Of a stretch of DNA of 64,000 nucleotides, positions 55,231 through 64,000 are shown one piece after another (positions within the stretch are counted from its first letter, which is position 1; each line of letters starts with the position of its first letter). Made by a program: the position numbers and the translations under genes. The notes below the pieces were generated by a model. It worked only from the letters and a program-made list of their open reading frames with translations. It ran no database searches and had not been told where the DNA came from. Source of the stretch: Malacoraja senta (Eukaryota); the NCBI GenBank assembly GCA_038087875.1, contig JAXLNO010005028.1:1-64000 (forward strand), written 5' to 3'.

Positions 55231-56229
55231 TGAACTTCCAAGAGTAACATTCTCCTTTCTCTGGGTCATTCATTGTTAATAAAGAAAGTTTACTTTTCCT
55301 GTTTAAATGTCCACAGTAAAGTCTAGTCAGAAGTGAGCCCACCTGCATCACCCATGATGAATTAACAAATCATCACTATTCAGTTCTCAGACGTTAGAAT
55401 TGGTCAGAACATTCCCTCCACCGTGACCCTTGACACCAATGTCCCTCGGGGTCAAGACCTTGCCACCCACAACTTGTGGCCAGGTCTCTGGCCAATGGGA
55501 TCCAGATGTCCGTCCACTGTTCAGAACACTAATTCAGCCACATGAGCAGCAAAGATGAGATAGAATATGGGAAAGACATTGAGAACCTTCTGTCCTGAAG
55601 GGCCGAATGGCCCACTCCTGCACCTATTGTCAGGATAACAATCCATCCCTCAACATCAGCAAGACAAAAGAGTTAGCGTTTACAAGAACGATCCCAGGAA
55701 TGAGTGGGTTAACGTACGATGAGCGTTTGTCGGCGCTGGGCCTGTACTTGCTGGAGTTTAGAACATTGGGGGGGGGGACCTCATTGAAACTTCACCGAAC
55801 AGTGAAAGGCCCAGATAGAGTGGATGTGGAGAGGATGTTTCCACTAGTGGGAGAGTCTAGGACCAGAGGGCACAGCCTCAGAATTAAAGGACGTTCCTTT
55901 AGCTAGGAGACGAGAGGAATTTCTTTAGCCAGAGGGTGGTGAATCTGTGGAATTCATTGCCACAGACGGTGGTGGAGGCCACAAGCCAGTGGATTTATTT
56001 AAGGAAGAGATAGAGAGATTGTTGATTAGTGCGGGTGTCAGGGGTTATGGGAGAGGGCAGGAGAATGGGGTTAGGAGGGAGAGATAGATCAGCCATGATT
56101 GAATGGTGGGGTAGACTCGATGGACCGAATGGACTGGTGGGCGAAGGGTTAATGAATTGGCTTGATTGAAGCTGATTAGAAAATTGTCAGCCGCTGTGTA
56201 TAAAAGGGGGGAGTTGTGGGAGTGTCTGA

Positions 56230-56712
56230 GTGCAGTTGTCCTGGGCTGTGGATGGGAGCAGTGGTACTGGGCTGTGGATGGGAGCAGTGGTACTGGGCTG
56301 TGGATGGGAGCAGTGGTACTGGGCTGTGGATGGAAGCAGTGGTCCTGGGCTGTGGATGGGAGCAGTGGTCCTGGGCTATGGATGGAAGCAGTGGTCCTGG
56401 CTGTGGATGGGAGCAGTGGTCCTGGGCTGTGGATGGGAGCAGTGGTCCTGGGCTGTGGATGGGAGCAGTGGTCCTGGGCTGTGGATTGGAGCAGTGGTCC
56501 TGGGCTGTGCATGGGAGCAGTGGTCCTGGGCTGTGGATGGGAGCAGTGGTCCTGGGCTGTGGCTGTGGATGGTAACAGTGGTTCTGGGCTGTGGATGGGA
56601 GCAGTGGTCCTGGGCTGTGGATGGGAGCAGTGGTCCTGGGCTGTGGATGGGAGCAGTGATCCTGGGCTGTGGATGGGTGCAGTGGTCCTGGGCTGTGGAT
56701 GGGAGCAGTGCT
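56230..56712. repeat. 26-bp minisatellite (GGGCTGTGGATGGGAGCAGTGGTCCT), about 18 units
   Basis: Directly visible. Confidence 0.9.
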
Positions 56713-57269
56713 CAGGGTAGAGGCAGGGAGTCTCCCCTTGTGTCTGATGTGGATCTACATCTCCAGGGCATGAGGTCGGTGAGAACACTATCGCTCTCTA
56801 CTGAATTGTGTTTGCTTCTTTGATTAATTCTGCTGACTTTTCCTTTCAATTGTTGTAATTTGAAGTGTCCAGGGTCTTTAATGATTTTTTTTTCTGGTGC
56901 AACTGGAATTGTGCTGATTCTGTGCTGTATCTCCGAACTAAAAGGATGTTTCTACTAGCGGGAGAGTCTCGGACCAGAGGGCACAGTGTCAGAATAAAAC
57001 GATGTATCTTTACTAAAGTGATGATACCCTAACCTTATCACAACTGAAATTGAATCTGGCTGATGTAAAATGTAGAAACCAAGACCTGTAGATGCTGGTT
57101 TATACCAAAGATAGACACATTGCTGGAGTGACTGAGTGGGTCAGGCAGCATCTCTGGAGAAACAAGTGATTTTGGGATGGAATAGAAGAAGGGTTCTTAC
57201 CCAAATATCACCCATCCTTTTCCTCCAGTGATGATGCCTGACCTGCTGAGTTTCTCCAGCACTCTTATC

Positions 57270-57640
57270 ATAGTCTTCTCTATATCCCGCAGCTCTGCTC
57301 TTACTCCCCATCCCCCTACTCGTGACAAGGACACAGTCCCCCATGTCCTCACCTTCCTTCCTACCAGCCGTCACATACAACAGATAATCCTCCAACATTA
57401 TTGCCACCTCCAACGGGATCCCACCACTGGCCTCATCTTCCCATTCTCCAATTTCAGTGGTTTCTCCCTCCTTCCCCTTCCCAGCTCTCCCACAGCCTAT
57501 TGTCTCTGCCTTTTCCGTCCTTTTTCCCGCACCCCCACCCCAACTTCAGTCTGAAGAAGGGTCTCGACCTGAAACGTCACCTATTCCTTCTCTCCATAGA
57601 TGCTGCCTCACCCGCTGAGTTACTCCAGCATTTTTGTCCA
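57270..57640 (+). mobile_element. Penelope-like fragment with terminal repeat
   Basis: SRSSALTPHPPTRDKDTVPHVLTFLPTSRHIQQIILQHYCHLQRDPTT followed by the GAAGGGTCTCGACC..GATGCTGCCTCACCCGCTGAGTTACTCCAGC repeat. Confidence 0.8.
57545..57585 (+). ncRNA. Minimal type I hammerhead ribozyme motif with intact core
   Basis: CTGAAGA-A-GGGTC tc GACCT-GAAAC-GTC-ACC: CUGANGA, stem II, GAAA, palindromic ACGT stem III, GUC cleavage triplet; stem I is weak. Confidence 0.65.
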
Positions 57641-58454
57641 CCTTCGATTTTTCCAGCTTCTGCAGTTCTCTCTTAATCCACACGGTGGGAGTGTTGACCA
57701 CAAATTGGATGGGCCTGCAGTGCAGTGGATCAGCACACGGTGGGAGTGTTGACCACAAATTGGACGGGCCTGCAGTGCGGTGGATCACCACACGGTGGGA
57801 GTGTTGAGCACAAATTGGAGCGACATGTTAGTGAATTCACTGCACATTGGGAGCGATGTCTACAAATTAGATATTGTGCTCTTTACTGCAAAATGGGTCT
57901 TTGTTGGTCTGTGACCCTTTACCTTTCCCCGTAATGCACCCATTGCACAGATACCAAATTTAGTAAAAGCCCTGAAACCAGGGAAGATTTGGGATGAAAA
58001 TCAAGGAACTGCAGGTGCTGGATTACAAAACAAGACACAAAGTGCTGGAGTAACTCAGCGGGTCAGGCAGCATCTATGGAGGACATGGATAGGTGACGTT
58101 TCACAAGAGTGCTGGAGTAACTCAGCGGGTCGGGCAGCATCTGTGGGGAACATGGATGGGTGAGATTTTGGGTTGGGAGCCCTCAGACTGATTTCTGGGT
58201 GTGGTTCCATTTACTTCATGAACGCAGTGGCAAGAATGAATTTGTCTCCTGGATAGATGTCCAATTGTGTTTTAATTGGGGCTCTTTATCAAGACTGGTT
58301 TTCAGTTGATGACTAATTGTTATGATTAAGAAGACAGCGAGGAATTTAAAGTGGTTGTACATTGTACTTGGTTGAGGAAAGTTAACGTGAACTAGTTGTT
58401 AACCTCTTGTGTGAAATGGGGAAGTACAACGGGTTCTGGGGGTCCTTGTTCATC

Positions 58455-59140
58455 AGTCACTGAAAGTAAGCATGCAGGTACAGTAGGCAGGGAAGACAGC
58501 CAATGGCATGTTGGCCTTTATAACAAGTTGAGTATAGGAGCAAAGAGGCCCTTCTGCAGTTGTACAGGGCCCTAGTGAGACCACACCTGGAGTATTGTGT
58601 GCAGTTTTGGTCCCCTAATTTGAGGAAGGACATTCTTGCTATTGAGGGAGCCCAGCGTAGATTTACAAGGTTAATTCCCGGGATGGCGGGACTCTCATCT
58701 GCTGAGAGAATGGAGCGGCTGGGCTTGTACACTCTGGAATTTAGAAGGATGAGAGGGATTCTTATTGAAACATGTAAGATTATTAAGGTGTTTGGACACG
58801 CTAGAGGCAGGAAACATGTTCCCATGTTGGGGGAGTCCAGAATCAGGGGCCACACACAGTTTAAGAATAAGGGGTAAGCCATTTAAAACGAGATGAGGAA
58901 ACACTTTTTCTCACAGAGCGTGGTGAGTCTGTGGAATTCTCTGCCTCAGAGGGCGGTGGAGGCAGGTTCTCTGGATACTTTCAAGAGAGAGCTAGATAGG
59001 ACTCTTAAAATAGTGGAGTCAGGGGATATGGGGAGAAGGCAGGAACGGGGTACTGATTGGGGATGATCAGCCATGATCACATTGAATGGCGGTGCTGGCT
59101 CGAAGGGTGAATGGCCTCTACTCCTGCACCTATTGTCTAT
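58455..59140 (+). mobile_element. CR1 3' fragment
   Basis: ORF 58560-58877, UTR and tail. Confidence 0.85.
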
Positions 59141-59169
59141 TGTCAACCCCAACCCTCAACCCTTAACTC

Positions 59170-60255
59170 ACTGTGGTCACACACTGGTCACTGCGGTCAC
59201 TGCACCCACACACTGGTCACTGCGGCCACACACTGGTCACTGCGGCCACACACTGGTCACTGCGGCCACTGCACCCACACACTGGTCACTGCGGCCACAC
59301 ACTGGTCACTGCGGCCACACACTGGTCACAGCGGCCACACACTGGTCACTGCGGCCAAACACTGGTCACTGCGGCCACACACTGGTCACTGCGGCCACAC
59401 ACTGGTCACTGCGGCCACACACTGGTCACTGCGGTCACTGCGGCCACACACTGGTCACTGCGGCCACACACTGGTCACTGCGGCCACACACTGGTCACCG
59501 CGGCCACACACTGGTCACTGCGGCCACACACTGGTCACTGCGGCCACACACTGGTCACTGCGGCCACACACTGGTCACTGCGGCCACACACTGGTCACTG
59601 CGGTCACTGCACCCACACACTGGTCACTGCGGTCACACACTGGTCACTGCGGCCACACACTGGCCACTGCGGCCACACACTCGTCAATGCGGCCACTGCG
59701 GTCACACACTGGTCACTGCGGCCACACACTGGTCACTGCGGCCACTGCGGTCACACACTGGTCACTGCGGTCACACACTGGTCACTGCGGTCACACACTG
59801 GTCACTGCGGTCACACACTGGTCACTGCGGCCACACACTGGTCACTGCGGCCACACACAGGTCACTTCGGCCACACACTGGTCACTGCGGCCACTGCGGT
59901 CACACACTGGTCACTGCGGCCACACACTGGTCACTGCGGCCGCACACTGGTCACTGCGGTCACACACTGGTCACTGCGGCCACACACTGGTCACTGCGGC
60001 CACACACTGGTCACTGCGGCCACTCACTGGTCATTGCGGCCACTGCGGTCACACACTGGTCACTGCGGCCACACACTGGTCACTGCGGCCGCACACTGGT
60101 CACTGCGGGCACTCACTGGTCACTGCGGCCACACACTGGTCACTGCGGCCACACACTGGTCTCTGCGGCCACACACTGGTCACTGCGGCCACACACTGGT
60201 CACTGCGGCCAAACACTGGTCACTGCGGCCACACACTGGTCACTGCAGCCACACA
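59170..60255. repeat. 20-bp minisatellite (CACACACTGGTCACTGCGGC) with 9-bp variant inserts, about 50 units
   Basis: Directly visible. Confidence 0.95.
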
Positions 60256-61053
60256 CTGATCTCTGGATCCAGGCTCAGTCTCCGCAGAGGCGAGGGTGCA
60301 GTGGCCAGATTGGTGTGGTTGACCCACACACAGTTGGCAGTGGTGGGATTCAAACCCTCGCCTCTGCAGAAACAGCCTGGATCCAGAGATCAGTGATCAG
60401 TGTGATGGCTGCAGTGGCCAAAAGGCCAGATTTGTGTGCTGTACGACAGTGAGGTGAAAGTTGTGTAGACTTGCCCATCTGATCGATGTTCCAGTCACAG
60501 CCTCATGGACACGTCCAGAGACCCTCTCCCCCCTCCCCCTCCCCCCTCACACACTCCCTCCCTCCCTCCCACCCTTCCTCCCTCCGCCCCAGAGAAGTGG
60601 CAGGTGGAACATGGTGCAGCAAAGTGTGGAGTCGTGCATGCTGGTCGCAGGAATAAAGGCGCAGACTGTTTTGTAAATGGGGACAGAATTGGGGAAATCA
60701 GAGGTGTAGCTGGTGCAGGATTCCCAAAATGTTCATCTGCGGTCGAATCAGTAGTAACAAAAGCAAACTGAATGCTGGCATTTTTGTACAGAGGGCTTGT
60801 GTACAACAGGGATGTATTGGAGACTCTACAAGGTGGGATGTATTGGAGACTCTACAAGGTGGGATGTAATGGTGACTCTACAAGGTGGGATGTAACGTTG
60901 AGACTCTACAAGGTGGGATGTAACGTTGAGACTCTACAAGGCGCTGGTCAGGCAGCATTTGGAATATTGTGAGCAGTTTTGGGCCCCGTATCTGAGGAAG
61001 GATGTGTCGGCTCTGGAGAGAGGGTCCAGAGGAGGTTTACAAGGATTGACCTA

Positions 61054-61775
61054 TGATCCCTCTCTCTCCCCCTCTCTCTTCCCCCCTCTCTCTCCCCCTC
61101 TCTGTCCCCCTTTCTCTCCCCCTCTCTCTTCCCCCGTCTCTCTCCCCCCCTCTCTCTCCCCCTCTCTTTCTCCCCCTCTCTCCCCCCTCCCTATCCCCCC
61201 TCTCTCTCCCCCTCTCTCTCCCCCCTCTCTCTCCCTCCTCTCTCTCCCCCCTCTCTCTCCCACCCTCTCTCTCTCCCCTCTCTCTCCCCCCACTCTCTCC
61301 CCCCCTCTCTCCCCCCCTCTCTCTCCCCCGTCTCTCTCCCCCCTTCTCTCTCCCCCCCTTCTCTCGCCCCCCTCTCTCTCCCCCCCTCTCTCTCCCCCCC
61401 TCTCTCTCCCCCTCTCTCTCCCCCCGTCTCACTCCCCCCTCTCTCTCCCCCCGTCTCTCTCCCCCGTCTCTCTCCCCCCCTTCTCTCTCCCCCCCTCTCT
61501 CTCCCCCTCTCTCTCCCCCCCCTCCCTCCCCCCTCTCTCTCGCCCACCCTCTCTCCCCCTCTCTCTCCCCCCTCTCTCTCCCCCCCTCTCTCCCCCCGTC
61601 TCTCCCCTTCTCTTTCCCCCTCTCTCTCGCCGCCCCTCTCTCTCGCCACCCCCCTCTCTCTCTCTCCCCCCAGAGAGAGAGGAGGGGGAGAGAGAGGAGA
61701 GGGGGAGAAAGGGGGGGGGGGAGAGAGGAGAGGGGGAGAGAGAGGGAGAGGGGGGAGAGAGAGGAGAGAGAGGGG
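61054..61775. repeat. Polypyrimidine (C/T) tract flipping to a polypurine (G/A) tract
   Basis: CTCTCTCCCCC-type units to about 61670, then GAGAGAGGAGGGGG to about 61775. Confidence 0.85.
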
Positions 61776-61779
61776 ATCG

Positions 61780-62370
61780 TGTCGGGGGCCACCCAGAACC
61801 TCGGCTTCGGCGGCGGCACAGCGCTGGAGCGCTATCGCGGAGCTGAGCAGGCGATGCCTTGCCCGGGTCGCCGCGCTGGGACTCCGGTGAGCTGAAGCCC
61901 GCAGGTGAAACATCGCGGAGCTACGGGTCTGCGGGCGGCGGCGCTGAACTTTAACAACGGGAACCTGGGATCTCTCGCCGAGATCGCCATCAGTGGAGCT
62001 CCATCCAGCGCGGCCTGTCGGCTTCGGAAGCCGCGGTCTACAGTAAGGAAGCGGCCGTTCCAGGTGTCCCAAGCCGCTGAGAGGATTCTCCCGACGCCGG
62101 AGCACCATCACCCGGCCGAGAAGGACCTGAAACATCGGGCCCCGTAGCGGCGACTGCGGAGGACTCAATAGGCCCGACTACGGATGGACATGGGATGGGG
62201 ACTGGACTTTGTGCCTTCCCTCATAATGGGAACCATTTTGGGGGGATGTTTTTTATGTTTAATGTTAAATTATTTAATGTTGTGTCTTATCTTTATCTGT
62301 GTGCTGCATGGCAAGACAAATTTCACTACACCAATTTGTGTACGTGACAAATAAATGTCCTTTGTCCTTT
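61780..62370 (+). mobile_element. CpG-rich interspersed repeat with retroposon-type tail
   Basis: Shares CTCAATAGGCC motif with the 13557-13950 insert; ends GTGACAAATAAATGTCCTTTGTCCTTT. Confidence 0.5.
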
Positions 62371-64000
62371 GCTCCTCGTGGCAGCAATGGTGTTGCGGAG
62401 CTATCAGTTCCGACTGTCCCTTACTCCCCCAAGCTGGCTACCTCCCCTCCCCCTTACTCGCCCAAGCTGGCTACCTCCCATTCCCATTACACCCCCAAGC
62501 TGGCTACCTCCCATTCCCCTTACGCCCCCAAGCTGGCTACCTCCCATCCACCCTACTTCCGCAATCCACCTGGCTCCCACCGCACTGTCACGGGCTGTGG
62601 GCCGGCAGCGCACACAAACACACACACACACACACACACACGGGGCCGGGTGGAGCGGGGCCGCGGCTCTGGGCAGCGGACACAAGGGGCCATAAACCCG
62701 GCAACATCCCCGTCAGCTGCAACAAAGTTGGGGAGTCTGGTCCCTCCACCCACCCAGAATCACTGACCGAGCTGCACCGGCACCACGACCCACCTACCAG
62801 GGTGATTCAACCCCCCGGACCCCCACAATGGAGTGATTCACCCCCCGGACCCGGATTCACCCGGGTGTCGGGCTGCCTGTCGCCCTGCTCCCGCCAAACA
62901 CCAAACGATATTGCCAAGTGCAGGAACTATCTTTGAAGTAGTGGGAAGGTGTCCGACTGCCCTATAGCGACAAATATGCATGGAGGCGAGAATAGTTTCT
63001 TAGCATTTCTGGAGATGGTTGGCATTTCCTTTCATTATTGATAGTGCAACCTTAATTCTGAAGAATTCCAAAGAGCACAGTTGTCAAAGTTCATCTCTTA
63101 AAGAAAGCAGACAGCAACAAAATTGTTAAAGGTAAACCAAAGCAATCTTTTAATCAATTTGCCAGAGGGGAGTGGTGAGATCTACAATGAGCACACACGT
63201 TGCTCAGTGCTTCTCGGGCTCCACTCAAAGAACAAAGGAAAGTTTGTGTAATTATACATTTTCTTATCAATAAAACACACCTAAATCTGAGTGAAAGATC
63301 CGTAGCCTAAGAGAAACAAGGGAGGTGGACACATATATTTGCAATGTCAGCCTTATTCTCAAACCTTGGCACAGCTTCAGTACAGCTGCCCATTCCGGAA
63401 GGACAACTAACTCCATTTTGTTTTCAAATGACTTCCATCTTGGTTCCAGAATGGGCATCCGTCTGTGAACTAAAACAAGCTTATAAGACTTGGATGAAAG
63501 CCACTACCTTGTCCATAGCTGGGACAGGGAGTTCAGACACATATCTCATATTGTGCTGTGCCCAGACAATATATCTCTATGTTCATACATTGTCAATACA
63601 TTGTTTCAATGATTAGTACAAACCAAGCTTCTAAGATTTCCATAAATTTATTCTGCTGGGAAAATTCTCTTTTAAATTTGACTGCTTTCTGTTTTTCAGC
63701 AAATTTAAAAGCAACGGTGTGCCAGCAGGCTGGAGGAGCGGGCAAAGGCCTTGCCACAGAGCGGGTAGGTGAAGGGGTGCTGGCCGGTGTGGACTCGCAG
63801 GAGGTCAAGGTGGGTGAAGCCCTTTTCCACAGGACGGGCAGGGGAAGGGACGCTCACCGCTGTGGGTACGCCGGTGCTGCCACAGGCTGGACATGCTGGT
63901 GAAACCCTTGCCACACTCAGCGCACAGAAAGGGTGTCTCCCCGATGTGTAACCGCTGGTGCTCCCGCAGCCCCCGTGCTCTCTTGTCACAGTGGGAGCAG
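62371..64000 (-). repeat. Inverted segmental duplication, copy 2 (runs off the window)
   Basis: Reverse complement of 45747-48065 minus the CR1 insertion, with fewer VNTR units. Confidence 0.9.
63705..64000 (-). pseudogene. Degenerate 3' fingers of a paralogous C2H2 ZNF gene
   Basis: [10 protein letters not shown] / [39 protein letters not shown]; 12-nt deletion relative to copy 1. Confidence 0.8.

Noticed and set aside
56045-56823. Trp/Gly-rich ORFs
   Set aside because: Translation of a 26-bp minisatellite.
59073-60452. 459/382/407-aa His/Cys-rich ORFs as a metal-binding protein
   Set aside because: By-product of a 20-bp repeat lacking stop codons; the start lies in a CR1 tail; no codon-phase constraint.
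60926-62168. Pro/Ser/Leu- and Gly/Glu/Arg-rich ORFs
   Set aside because: Translation of the CT/GA tract.

Overview
Vertebrate genomic DNA, most likely a cartilaginous fish (skate/ray-like). The inference rests on dense CR1 LINEs with (TTTCTATG)n tails, tRNA-derived V-SINE/HE1-type SINEs and the [21 protein letters not shown] zinc-finger start motif. Most of the window is transposon-derived: many CR1 fragments, a complete but decayed DIRS1 tyrosine-recombinase retrotransposon (7.4-12.3 kb), two L1 families, Rex1, RTEX-like, Vingi-like and Penelope fragments, and a solo LTR. Minisatellites and N-gaps are frequent. Host-gene content I can support: (i) two minus-strand exons of an MHC class I-like heavy chain (alpha3 Ig-C1 exon 22987-23253; TM exon 20243-20346 with a 1-nt frameshift; no alpha1/alpha2 exons found); (ii) a C2H2 zinc-finger array (44.4-46.05 kb) with a 3-finger higher-order repeat and several 1-nt indels, plus the tail of an inverted paralog at the right edge; (iii) a CpG-island promoter at about 5.0-5.66 kb. 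The most notable structural observations are a Vingi-like insertion with a 5' inversion and 13-bp TSD, hammerhead-ribozyme cores in Penelope terminal repeats, a rare LINE apparently split by about 18.5 kb that contains the ZNF gene, and a 21-nt templated insertion. Caveat: single-base indels recur in short G/C runs and the window has many gaps, so some frameshifts may be assembly errors. All family assignments come from motif recognition by eye; no database search was run.
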